Sequence record: SRR20825010_130
DNA length: 20,000 nucleotides
Strand: one strand, 5' to 3'
Below the pieces are notes generated by a model, which saw only the letters and a list, made by a program, of their open reading frames with translations, did not search any database and was not told the origin of the DNA. Made by a program: the position numbers and the translations under genes. This document shows positions 9,313 through 17,731 of the stretch, in pieces (the stretch's first letter is position 1; each line of letters begins with the position of its first letter).

Positions 9313-9488
9313 CCAACACGATTTTAACGTTACCTTTTCTAGCCATGGCCAGTAATTTCTTTATTCGGTTTTATAACGAAAAGTCGTTGAACAGTATTAC
9401 AAACTCTTCCGACTTTCTTCTAAACCTTTGTTCATTTATTTAAACCATACGAACACATAATCGTTCACTTATTAACTATTATTAACAT

Positions 9489-10808
9489 ATGGATCCCTTC
9501 AAAAACCTCCACCTCGACATTCCTCAAACCCAAAAGAAAAGAGTAGTAATTATTGGCGGAGGTTTTGCCGGCATACAAATGGCCAAAGGGCTAAAAGGAC
9601 ATGGTTTTCAGGTCGTTTTGTTAGACCGAAATAACTACCACACCTTTCAGCCACTGCTCTATCAGGTAGCTACAGCTGGCCTAGAGCCAGATTCCATTGC
9701 CGGAGCCCTTCGCCAGTTATTCAAGAACTATCCCGACTTCTATTTCAGGATGGCCAAGGTGACGAAAATTCATCCTGAAGAACAGAAAATCAGCACACTT
9801 ATTGGTGACCTACAATATGACTACCTAGTAATCGCAAACGGTTCTAAAACCAATTATTTTGGAAATAAGGACATGTTCAGCCTTACTTTTCCTCTAAAGC
9901 AAATCCCACAAGCGCTTAACCTAAGAAGTCAAATGCTGCAAAATTTTGAACAAACAGTGTTGACCAGAGATCCGCATGAAAAGGACAAACTGACCAATTT
10001 TGTGGTGGTTGGAGGTGGGCCAACTGGAGTAGAGGTTTCGGGGGCTTTGGGGGAATTGAAAAAGCATGTCTTGCCAAAAGATTACCCAGATATTGACTTC
10101 AATATTATGAACCTGCATTTAGTAGATGCAGGACCACGACTTTTAGCCGGGATGACCGAAAAGGCAAGTGCGAAAGCGCTGAAATATCTAGCTGCCTTTG
10201 ATGTAAAAGTGAAGCTAAACACTTTTGTAAAAAACTATGATGGAGAAGAGGTAACGCTTTCTGATGGCACGGTAATTCCCGCGAAAACAGTGGTCTGGGC
10301 CGCAGGCGTAAAAGGAAATATTATTGATGGAGTTCCTGAGAATTCTCTGAATCGTGGACGTATTTTAGTTGACGATTTTAATGCTGTAAAAGACCTTAAA
10401 AATGTATTTGCCCTTGGAGATATTGCTTTTATGAAAACGGAAAGATATCCGAAAGGCCAGCCAATGTTGGCCCCAGTAGCCATTCAGCAAGGAAAGCTTT
10501 TGGCCCGTAATCTAATACGCTCCTCTAAAAGTGATGATATGAAGCCTTTTGAGTTTATAGACAAAGGATCAATGGCCACGGTAGGACGTAATAGGGCAGT
10601 TGTAGATATGCCCAAATTCACCTTTGGTGGCTTCCCTGCTTGGTTGGTTTGGATGTTCGTTCACCTCCTCTCCATTATTGGTTTCAGAAACCGACTTGTG
10701 GTCTTCAGTAATTGGGTGTGGAACTACTTTACTTATGACCGAGGAACACGCTTGATCATTCGCACTTTCGTTCGAAACAAAAACTACAAACAAGGAGAAT
10801 CCTTATAA
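9489..10808 (+). CDS. ndh: Type II NADH:quinone oxidoreductase (NDH-2)
   Basis: Two Rossmann motifs (GGGFAG, GGGPTGVE), FQPLLYQVATAGL, WAAGV, FALGD, APVAIQQG, DKGSMATVGR and a C-terminal membrane anchor. Confidence 0.93.
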   Translation: MDPFKNLHLDIPQTQKKRVVIIGGGFAGIQMAKGLKGHGFQVVLLDRNNYHTFQPLLYQVATAGLEPDSIAGALRQLFKNYPDFYFRMAKVTKIHPEEQKISTLIGDLQYDYLVIANGSKTNYFGNKDMFSLTFPLKQIPQALNLRSQMLQNFEQTVLTRDPHEKDKLTNFVVVGGGPTGVEVSGALGELKKHVLPKDYPDIDFNIMNLHLVDAGPRLLAGMTEKASAKALKYLAAFDVKVKLNTFVKNYDGEEVTLSDGTVIPAKTVVWAAGVKGNIIDGVPENSLNRGRILVDDFNAVKDLKNVFALGDIAFMKTERYPKGQPMLAPVAIQQGKLLARNLIRSSKSDDMKPFEFIDKGSMATVGRNRAVVDMPKFTFGGFPAWLVWMFVHLLSIIGFRNRLVVFSNWVWNYFTYDRGTRLIIRTFVRNKNYKQGESL

Positions 10809-10876
10809 TCAGGATTTATTTCTGCCTTTTATAAAATCATGAACGACAGACTGCGCTTTTATTCTTACTTTTTGGG

Positions 10877-11923
10877 GTGCGGAAGAAGCGGTTATACTGG
10901 ACATTACAAATAGCAGGATGGGCACTACCCGCCATCATCAATATTATTTTGGTAACGGCATTAGGTGAAGAGCCCGAACAAATGCGGAGACAACAGTTCG
11001 AAGGCCTTGCACAAGGCCTAATTCAGTTTGGTGTATCTCACTTCATCATTCGTAGTATCATAATTCGCTATAATTGGCTTAAAATAGATTTAGGAAAAAT
11101 AATTCCTAAAATCCTAGGGTTGATTATTGGGGCTGGGGTGATATCCAGTCTACTCTATCAATTAAGCTATTTTTTAGCATTATCAGTAGAGGCAATTCAA
11201 GAAAGGCTATTGGCCCAACTTACTTTCGATTTTCTAGTGACAGCCTTTCTTTATGTTATCTGGACTACCATCTACTTTCTTTACCATTACCTAGAAAGCA
11301 ATAACCGTTCTTTAAAATATGAAGCTGCTATTAACGAAATGCAGCTAAACCAACTTAAATCTCAGCTGAACCCACACTTTATTTTCAACGCCTTAAATAG
11401 CGTAAGGGCTTTGGTAGATGAAGAGCCTGCCAAAGCAAAAATAGCCATTACTCAACTGTCCAATATTTTGAGAACCTCTTTGATTATGGACAAAAAAAGA
11501 GTCATTAATTTTAATGACGAATTAAATACAGTAAGGGCTTATTTAGCACTTGAATCTATAAGGTTTGAGGAACGGCTTAAAATTAAATATAACATAGATC
11601 CGCGATCCAATCATTTTCAGATTCCACCTATGATGCTCCAAACGTTGGTTGAAAACGCAATTAAACATGGGGTTTCCAATTTAGTAGACGGGGGAATCAT
11701 TGAAATAAAAAGTATTACTGAAGATTCTGTATTGAAGTTACGGATAAAAAATAGTGGTCAGTATGTTCATGGCGCCAGAAAACCAGGAAAAAAGGGAGGT
11801 TATGGCATTAGCAATACCAAAGAAAGACTAAAACTTATCTATGGATCGGAAGCAACATTCAATATTTACAATGAAAATGATAAGTTTGTAATTACAGAAG
11901 TTAGAATTCCACAAGGGATTTAA
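10877..11923 (+). CDS. LytS/YehU-type membrane sensor histidine kinase
   Basis: About 4 N-terminal TMs, LKSQLNPHFIFNALNS H-box, QTLVENAIKHG N-box and GYGISN. GTG start. Confidence 0.93.
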   Translation: MRKKRLYWTLQIAGWALPAIINIILVTALGEEPEQMRRQQFEGLAQGLIQFGVSHFIIRSIIIRYNWLKIDLGKIIPKILGLIIGAGVISSLLYQLSYFLALSVEAIQERLLAQLTFDFLVTAFLYVIWTTIYFLYHYLESNNRSLKYEAAINEMQLNQLKSQLNPHFIFNALNSVRALVDEEPAKAKIAITQLSNILRTSLIMDKKRVINFNDELNTVRAYLALESIRFEERLKIKYNIDPRSNHFQIPPMMLQTLVENAIKHGVSNLVDGGIIEIKSITEDSVLKLRIKNSGQYVHGARKPGKKGGYGISNTKERLKLIYGSEATFNIYNENDKFVITEVRIPQGI

Positions 11924-11940
11924 CAGTTAGCCCATAAATT

Positions 11941-12660
11941 ATGAAAGCACTTATAATAGATGACGAGAGATTAGCCCGAAAAGAGCTAACCAATTTGCTT
12001 CAGGAATATCCTGAAATCGACATTGTAGGAGAAGCAGTAAATGCTGAGGACGCCTTGGAAAAGATTAATTCATTAAAGCCCGATTTGTTGTTTTTGGATA
12101 TTCAAATGCCAGAAAAAACAGGTTTTGAGCTGCTTGAATCCTTGGACAATGTTCCAGAAGTAATTTTCACCACTGCCTACGATGAGTATGCACTTAAGGC
12201 CTTTGACTTTAATGCACTCGATTATTTATTGAAGCCAATCGAGCCAGACCGGTTAAAAGATGCTTTGAATAAGTTATTAAAGCGTGTTCAGCCAGAAGAG
12301 GCTGGTGAAACTGAAGACAAGAAGTTAGGCCCAAATGACCGTGTTTTTGTAAAAGATGGCGATAAATGCTGGTTTGTGAAGCTGGAGAACATTCGCTTGT
12401 TCGAATCTGACGGAAACTACATCAAAATCTATTTCGACAACTTTAAACCAATGATTCACAAGTCATTGAACGCGCTAGACGAAAGATTAGACGATAGATC
12501 ATTCTTCCGTGCAAGCAGAAAACACATCATTAACCTTACTTGGGTGGAAAGCATTGAATCATGGTTCAATGGTGGCTTAATGGTGGTTTTGCGTGGTGGC
12601 GACAAAGTTGAAGTAAGCAGAAGACAAGCCGCTCGCTTTAAAGAGATGATGAGCCTCTAG
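11941..12660 (+). CDS. LytR/AlgR-family response regulator (REC + LytTR)
   Basis: IIDDE, FLDIQMP, FTTAYDEYA and DYLLKP in the receiver; FFRASRKHIIN and VSRR in the LytTR domain. Confidence 0.96.
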   Translation: MKALIIDDERLARKELTNLLQEYPEIDIVGEAVNAEDALEKINSLKPDLLFLDIQMPEKTGFELLESLDNVPEVIFTTAYDEYALKAFDFNALDYLLKPIEPDRLKDALNKLLKRVQPEEAGETEDKKLGPNDRVFVKDGDKCWFVKLENIRLFESDGNYIKIYFDNFKPMIHKSLNALDERLDDRSFFRASRKHIINLTWVESIESWFNGGLMVVLRGGDKVEVSRRQAARFKEMMSL

Positions 12661-12717
12661 AAAATTGTTTTATAAGTTGAAAACTATTATCATGATAATG
12701 CGTAGCATTGTTCCAAC

Positions 12718-14337
12718 ATGAAAATAGTTTTCAGCTTTCTTATTTTAATGCTTTCCTTTCAGGGGCTTAGAGCTCAGGTAGAAACCGATAGCATTACCCA
12801 AATCAAACCCGCAGGCTTTCCTGTAATTGCAAAAGATACTCTCTTCTATCTTCAGCAAGGTATTGGCCCCTTCTCTGCAGAAGAAAGGGTAAATCAAATT
12901 AATCGGAAAATAGCCGATTTCCTTTCCAACGAGTCCAAAACTGTTGACTCCTTAAAGATTTCTAAAAATAATATTACCCAAGACATTACAGTTGAAGGGT
13001 CGATTATTATGTCTGTTACGGACAAAGATGCGGTGCAGCTGGGTCTCAACCTGAACCGAAGCACTAACTATTATTACGACATTTTAAAAGAAGGGCTTAC
13101 CAAAGAGACAATATTTAATTGGCAAGGCTTGATTATCAATATTTTAATTGCGCTTCTAATTCTTGGCCTTTTTCTCTACGGCCTTAAATATTATAACAGG
13201 TTTTTTAGAGCAATTTACCTTAGGATTCATGCCCAAGAGGGCAAAATGATTAAGAGTATTTCTATAAAAAACTACCAACTTCTTAAGTCTGAAGTACTTA
13301 CTCGGATTATTGTTTATGCGGCAAAAGGACTAAGAATCATAATCCTTGTCATCGTAGTTTACTTATTGCTTCCTATACTCTTTAGCCTTTTCCCTTGGAC
13401 TCAAGGAATTGCCGACACTTTGTTTCAGCTAATCCTTACCCCACTTAAAAAGTTGGGCACTGGACTATTGAACTACCTCCCTAATTTATTAACTATTGGG
13501 GTAACAATAGTTGTTACTCGGTATTTCTTAAAAATGATAACATTCTTTAGGATAGAAATTGAACATGGGAGACTAGTGGTCCCTGGCTTTTACCCTGACT
13601 GGGCAAAGCCAACTTATAATATTCTTAAAGGAGTCATTTTGGCCTTAGTACTCGTAGGTATTTTTCCTCTTTTACCCATGGGTGACACAGACAGCTTCAA
13701 AGGCGTTTCTGCCTTCTTTGGCCTTTTGGTTGCACTAGGTGGTGCTTCGGCTATTTCAAACGTTATTGCTGGCGTGGTAGTAACCTATATGCGTTCTTTC
13801 AAAATTGGTGACCGCGTAAAAATTGGAGATGTAACTGGTGATGTAAAGGAGAAATCATTATTGAATACAAGAATCAAAACTATTAAGAACGAAATCATTA
13901 CGATTCCTAACTCCAACTTGCTCACTAGCCATACGATAAACTACACTACCGCAAACGATGAAGACGGGCTTATTCTGCATACTACAGTCACTATTGGTTA
14001 TGATGTGCCTTGGAGACAAGTGCATCAATTGTTAATTGAAGCAGGTTTAAAGACGGAGCATGTAAAAAAACTCCCTAAACCCTATGTGTATCAAACTAGC
14101 CTTGATGACTTTTATGTGAGCTATCAGATAAACGTAAGGACGCGTGAGGTACAAAAAATGTCCAAAATATATTCTGATTTACACCAGAATATTCAGGATG
14201 GTTTTAATAAAGCGGGTGTTGAAATTTTATCACCACATTACAGAGCTCAGCGCGATGGTAACCATATCACCATTCCTCAAGAAAATTTACCAGAGGATTA
14301 TGTAGCGCCTTGGTTTAGAATTAAGAAGGTGGAATAA
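12718..14337 (+). CDS. MscS-family mechanosensitive channel with signal peptide and N-terminal periplasmic domain
   Basis: Signal peptide ending LRA/Q, multiple TMs, and SNVIAG, RSFKIGDRVKIG, TIPNS and IGYDVPW motifs. Confidence 0.92.
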   Translation: MKIVFSFLILMLSFQGLRAQVETDSITQIKPAGFPVIAKDTLFYLQQGIGPFSAEERVNQINRKIADFLSNESKTVDSLKISKNNITQDITVEGSIIMSVTDKDAVQLGLNLNRSTNYYYDILKEGLTKETIFNWQGLIINILIALLILGLFLYGLKYYNRFFRAIYLRIHAQEGKMIKSISIKNYQLLKSEVLTRIIVYAAKGLRIIILVIVVYLLLPILFSLFPWTQGIADTLFQLILTPLKKLGTGLLNYLPNLLTIGVTIVVTRYFLKMITFFRIEIEHGRLVVPGFYPDWAKPTYNILKGVILALVLVGIFPLLPMGDTDSFKGVSAFFGLLVALGGASAISNVIAGVVVTYMRSFKIGDRVKIGDVTGDVKEKSLLNTRIKTIKNEIITIPNSNLLTSHTINYTTANDEDGLILHTTVTIGYDVPWRQVHQLLIEAGLKTEHVKKLPKPYVYQTSLDDFYVSYQINVRTREVQKMSKIYSDLHQNIQDGFNKAGVEILSPHYRAQRDGNHITIPQENLPEDYVAPWFRIKKVE

Positions 14338-14371
14338 AGAAGTATCTTTTAAAAAGAGTTGGCGAGTATAG

Positions 14372-14405
14372 AAAAGCCCTGAGTAAAAAATTACTCAGGG
14401 CTTTT
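14372..14405. terminator. Bidirectional Rho-independent terminator between convergent mscS and DUF1328 genes
   Basis: Perfect 15-bp inverted repeat AAAAGCCCTGAGTAA-AAAA-TTACTCAGGGCTTTT. Confidence 0.9.
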
Positions 14406-14431
14406 GATTTATATGCTTTATGGTGTGATCT

Positions 14432-14590
14432 CTACGCAAAACCTTGATAGAGAAGAGACAAGACAAAAAGAACAATGAATATAAAGAATAGAAACTTTGC
14501 GATACTCGATGTTACCGAAGCAATTCCTCTAAATCCGAATAGCGCTGCAATAATTGCAACTACGAAAAATACGATTGACCAGTATAACAT
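14432..14590 (-). CDS. DUF1328 / UPF0391 (YtjA-like) small membrane protein, 52 aa; absent from ORF track
   Basis: Hand translation gives [52 protein letters not shown], fitting the family pattern ML.W...F.V.A.IAA.FGF.GIA.....IAK.LF.IF. Confidence 0.92.
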   Translation of the reverse strand: MLYWSIVFFVVAIIAALFGFRGIASVTSSIAKFLFFIFIVLFVLSLLYQGFA

Positions 14591-14637
14591 GATTTTAGAT
14601 TTTTAGTGAAAACTTATTTTAATCTTATTGACTATAA

Positions 14638-14654
14638 GACAATTAAGTGTCCGA
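14638..14654 (-). promoter_or_regulatory. Candidate sigma54 -24/-12 promoter of the DUF1328 gene
   Basis: TCGGACACTTAATTGTC (GG-N8-TTGT). An alternative GG-N10-GC element, ATGGCTCAGGATAAGCT, lies at 14665-14681. Confidence 0.35.
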
Positions 14655-14777
14655 AATTCTAAAAAGCTTATCCTGAGCCATAATCGCTGTTTTGGTTCTT
14701 AGGTAGTTTTATTTTGTAGAAAATAATACACGTTATCGCCATGTATATTGTGGCTATTTTCACCAAGGACATGGCAC

Positions 14778-14810
14778 AAAAAAAGGATTCGTCTTTTCAA
14801 ATGAACCCTT
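14778..14810 (-). terminator. Rho-independent terminator of the csbD-mscS-lipoprotein-OMP operon
   Basis: Minus strand AAGGGTTCATTT-GAAA-AGACGAATCCTT running into T7, 24 nt after the stop at 14835. Confidence 0.7.
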
Positions 14811-14834
14811 CTTTCTTCAAATCAACTCTACTTA

Positions 14835-15326
14835 TTAATTGATAATGTATTTGATTCCTATTGCTGGATCTGGGGCACCATAGAAGTTTCCGTTGGTGTC
14901 AACTTCTAGAAATGGTTTTAAACCAAAACTAAAAGCAAATGGTATTTCTCTAGGCACGAATTCTAAGCCTATAATTCCATCAATACCAAATCCCACAGTT
15001 GAATCATCGTATCTTCTGTCGCCTCTTCCGAAATTCGTTCCTGGATTTCCATTATTAAAGAAGGCCACATGCCCCCCATAACCATAAAACCAGTTCAATT
15101 CTGGTGTTTCGAATGCGGTTGTATGCTTTTCTAGCAAACCTGTTACGCTAAATCCGTTTCCCCAAAAGCCCAAGATTCCTTCAAAATTACCTTTATTAAA
15201 GGTTAAACCACTGGTTCCTCCAAATCGAAGTCCTAATGCCGTATTATAATTTTGCGCTTTTGCCTCATTTGAGACAGTAAATAATAGTGCGAATATGAAT
15301 GTGCTTACAATAATTTTCTTCATCAT
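14835..15326 (-). CDS. Secreted small outer-membrane beta-barrel-like protein, function unknown
   Basis: Signal peptide ending AKA/Q, Gly/aromatic amphipathic strands (ALGLRFG, WFYGYGGH, GIDGIIGLEF) and terminal strand IGIKYI. Confidence 0.75.
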   Translation of the reverse strand: MMKKIIVSTFIFALLFTVSNEAKAQNYNTALGLRFGGTSGLTFNKGNFEGILGFWGNGFSVTGLLEKHTTAFETPELNWFYGYGGHVAFFNNGNPGTNFGRGDRRYDDSTVGFGIDGIIGLEFVPREIPFAFSFGLKPFLEVDTNGNFYGAPDPAIGIKYIIN

Positions 15327-15348
15327 TTTTTAGTTTAATATGTGTTGG

Positions 15349-15738
15349 TTACTTGTTATCAAAAAGGTCTTGAATGTTAGATTTTACGTTCTCTAAACCT
15401 TCCGTTACATTATCGTAAGTTCTACTTACCGCTGATTTCGTGTTTTCCCATGCTTCTTCCGTAGCATCGGCAACATCGTCTGCGGCTTCTTCAAGTGCAG
15501 ATTTCTCGTCTAATAAATCTTCTCTTACTTCTTCTAGTCTGTCTTTTGTTTCATCTCCTGCATTTTCCATTCTTTTGTCAATGTCTTCAATGGCCTTATC
15601 AATATTGGCTTCTGCCTTCTCAAGGCGTTCCGTCAATTCGGCCTTTTCATCGGCAAACGATGATCCATTTTGACAACTCATTATTCCAATTACTGAAAAA
15701 ATGATCATTAGGTTTATGGCTTTATAAATTGTTTTCAT
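15349..15738 (-). CDS. Acidic alpha-helical/coiled-coil lipoprotein, putative stress protein
   Basis: Lipobox IMS/C at Cys22. The mature part is very E/D/K/A-rich and lacks Pro. Confidence 0.8.
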   Translation of the reverse strand: MKTIYKAINLMIIFSVIGIMSCQNGSSFADEKAELTERLEKAEANIDKAIEDIDKRMENAGDETKDRLEEVREDLLDEKSALEEAADDVADATEEAWENTKSAVSRTYDNVTEGLENVKSNIQDLFDNK

Positions 15739-15770
15739 GATTGTATTATTAAAGTGTTTACGTTTAACTA

Positions 15771-16688
15771 CTAAGCCTTTGGTAAAAGCTTAATCTCTTT
15801 TGCTTCTAGTTGTTCTGAAAGTTTTTCTCCCCCCTTAATTCCAAAATCCAATGTTCTGATTGGGAATGGAATCGTAATGTCGTTTGCGTCAAAGGCCTTT
15901 TTAATGGCCATAATAGCTTCACTTTTAGCTTCTAGGTACATTGGTCTCTCTGGATTGTACTCAACCCAAAACATTATTTTAAAATTGATAGATGAACTAC
16001 CGAACTCTTCATATACCAATTTTATCGGCTCTCCATCAACTAAAAAAGTATTAGTGGCCACGGCCATTTCTACTATCTCTTTTACCTTATCCAAATCATC
16101 GCCATAAGACACCCCAACTTCCAAGTCAACCCTTCTGGTATGTGTGCGGGTATAATTCGTAAATGGGTTTTGGAAGATATCTTTATTGGGAATAATTACA
16201 TGCAAGCCTTGGAAGGTTCTGATTACGGTTGACCTTAATTCAATTCTTTCTACAAATCCAGTATACCCGTTGGTTTCTATAATATCACCCACAACAATTG
16301 GCTTCTTGAAGGCCATAATAACTCCAGAGATGAAATTGGCGGAGATGTCCTGAAATGCAAATCCAAGTGCCAATCCAATAATTCCTGCACCGGCTAATAG
16401 AGAAGTAACCGCTTGCGTAAGTTGAAGTACATTTAACGCAACCACCAACCCGACCATAATGGTCAGTAACGCAATGATTGTTGAAAACAAGCCAATGATA
16501 GCTGCCTGATCGGAAAATTTAGAAATCAATTTCCGTGATCCCGCTTTCATCAATCTCGACAGGAAATAAAAAGCAATAAGCACCAAAACTGCCACGACTA
16601 TATTCGGGAGCATGGACGTTAATGCCTCCAGCCAGTTTGTTAACTTGGTAGATACAATACTAGCAGCATCATTTATTCCGAAATCCAT
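15771..16688 (-). CDS. mscS: Small-conductance mechanosensitive channel, MscS family
   Basis: LLAGAGIIGLALGFAFQDISANFISG TM3 signature, KPIVVGDII, IPNK and RRVDLEVGVSYGDD. Confidence 0.93.
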   Translation of the reverse strand: MDFGINDAASIVSTKLTNWLEALTSMLPNIVVAVLVLIAFYFLSRLMKAGSRKLISKFSDQAAIIGLFSTIIALLTIMVGLVVALNVLQLTQAVTSLLAGAGIIGLALGFAFQDISANFISGVIMAFKKPIVVGDIIETNGYTGFVERIELRSTVIRTFQGLHVIIPNKDIFQNPFTNYTRTHTRRVDLEVGVSYGDDLDKVKEIVEMAVATNTFLVDGEPIKLVYEEFGSSSINFKIMFWVEYNPERPMYLEAKSEAIMAIKKAFDANDITIPFPIRTLDFGIKGGEKLSEQLEAKEIKLLPKA

Positions 16689-16692
16689 AGGG

Positions 16693-16884
16693 TCAGGTGG
16701 TTATAATTGTTTTGAGTTCAGCAGTAATTTCTCGCTTCGTCTTATCTAATTTCACTTGAAGTTTACTCATTAATTCTTCTTCATGCCCTTCTATATACTT
16801 CAGATCTTCGTCATTTAACTCCTCATATTTTTCTTTCAGTTTTCTCCTGATCTGATCCCAATTACCTTGAAGAAATCTTTTCAT
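16693..16884 (-). CDS. CsbD/YjbJ-family general stress protein, 63 aa (start corrected from ORF track 17052)
   Basis: MKRFLQGNWDQIRRKLKEKYEELNDEDL..IEG..EEL..KLQ matches the CsbD pattern GNW...KGK.K..WG.LTDDDL....G..D.L.G..Q. Confidence 0.88.
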   Translation of the reverse strand: MKRFLQGNWDQIRRKLKEKYEELNDEDLKYIEGHEEELMSKLQVKLDKTKREITAELKTIITT

Positions 16885-16918
16885 ATTTGTTGTTCTTAGT
16901 TGGTTCTTGCCCTTGTAT

Positions 16919-16935
16919 AGAAAGAACTGTACCAA
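16919..16935 (-). promoter_or_regulatory. Candidate sigma54 -24/-12 promoter of the csbD operon
   Basis: TTGGTACAGTTCTTTCT versus consensus TGGCACG-N4-TTGC; GG lies 49 nt upstream of the ATG. Confidence 0.55.
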
Positions 16936-17021
16936 GCTTTCGCTCCACAAAAAACAACGTTTAAATCCAATTAAACGCACGTTAGATATTGAACGCATTA
17001 AAAACGTGGAAAATATTTCAC

Positions 17022-17050
17022 AAAAAAGGGTGAAGAAAAACCCCACCCTC
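17022..17050 (-). terminator. Rho-independent terminator of dps
   Basis: Minus strand GAGGGTGGGG-TTTTT-CTTCACCCTT running into T6. Confidence 0.75.
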
Positions 17051-17074
17051 AATTACACATACACTAACTTTAAA

Positions 17075-17599
17075 TTATTTTTTGGAGAAGGCAGTAAGCA
17101 TCCAATGTTTTTTCTCAATGTACTTTACCATAGAATTAAGCATGTCTACCGTTCCGCTGTCACCATTATTAAGTGCAACATCAATTGTGTTAAACATGTG
17201 CTCCAATAAAACTTCATAATCCTTCAGGACTTCTGAAACCATCTCCATTCCACTAAGGTCCGTACTTGACTCATTGATGTCCGATGTTTCTAGATAATCC
17301 CGCATGGTACTCAAGGGGGTTTGTCCAAAAACTCTGATTCTCTCGGCAACATCATCAATGGCAACTTTTGCATCATTGTATTGTTCCTCAAACTGTTCAT
17401 GAATATCGAAGAAATCCGGTCCTTTTACGTTCCAGTGGAAGTTTCTTAATTTTTGATAATGGACACTATAATTAGCCAATAACTTGTTCAGTGCATCTAC
17501 CAACTCCGCTGTTTCCATCTTTGTATAACCTAAACGAGCGAAAGCTCTCTTCTGTAATTTTGCTTTAGGTTTCTCTGCTGTTTCTCTATCAGTTATCAT
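17075..17599 (-). CDS. dps: Dps family DNA-protection/mini-ferritin protein (ATG at 17599 preferred over TTG at 17623)
   Basis: HWNVKGPDFFDIHEQFEE and DDVAERI ferroxidase motifs, and EKKHWML at the C-terminus. Confidence 0.95.
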   Translation of the reverse strand: MITDRETAEKPKAKLQKRAFARLGYTKMETAELVDALNKLLANYSVHYQKLRNFHWNVKGPDFFDIHEQFEEQYNDAKVAIDDVAERIRVFGQTPLSTMRDYLETSDINESSTDLSGMEMVSEVLKDYEVLLEHMFNTIDVALNNGDSGTVDMLNSMVKYIEKKHWMLTAFSKK

Positions 17600-17638
17600 A
17601 TCCTTTTCTTTAATGTTTATCAATTCTTATGAAGGATA

Positions 17639-17655
17639 AGCCAAAGTCATTCCAA
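17639..17655 (-). promoter_or_regulatory. Candidate sigma54 -24/-12 promoter of dps
   Basis: TTGGAATGACTTTGGCT has exact GG-N10-GC spacing; GG lies 54 nt upstream of the ATG. Confidence 0.55.
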
Positions 17656-17731
17656 TAGCCTCAAGACATTAAAATCAGAGATTGTTAAAGATTGTGAGCA
17701 ATTTGATCTACAAACTTGGGGAGGCCTACCC

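Noticed and set aside
14772-14786. TGGCAC on the plus strand as a sigma54 promoter
   Set aside because: It has no -12 element, no plus-strand gene lies downstream, and it overlaps a terminator tail.
16885-17052. N-terminal 56 aa of ORF-track 16693..17052
   Set aside because: It runs through the dps terminator and the candidate promoter. CsbD similarity starts only at the ATG at 16884.
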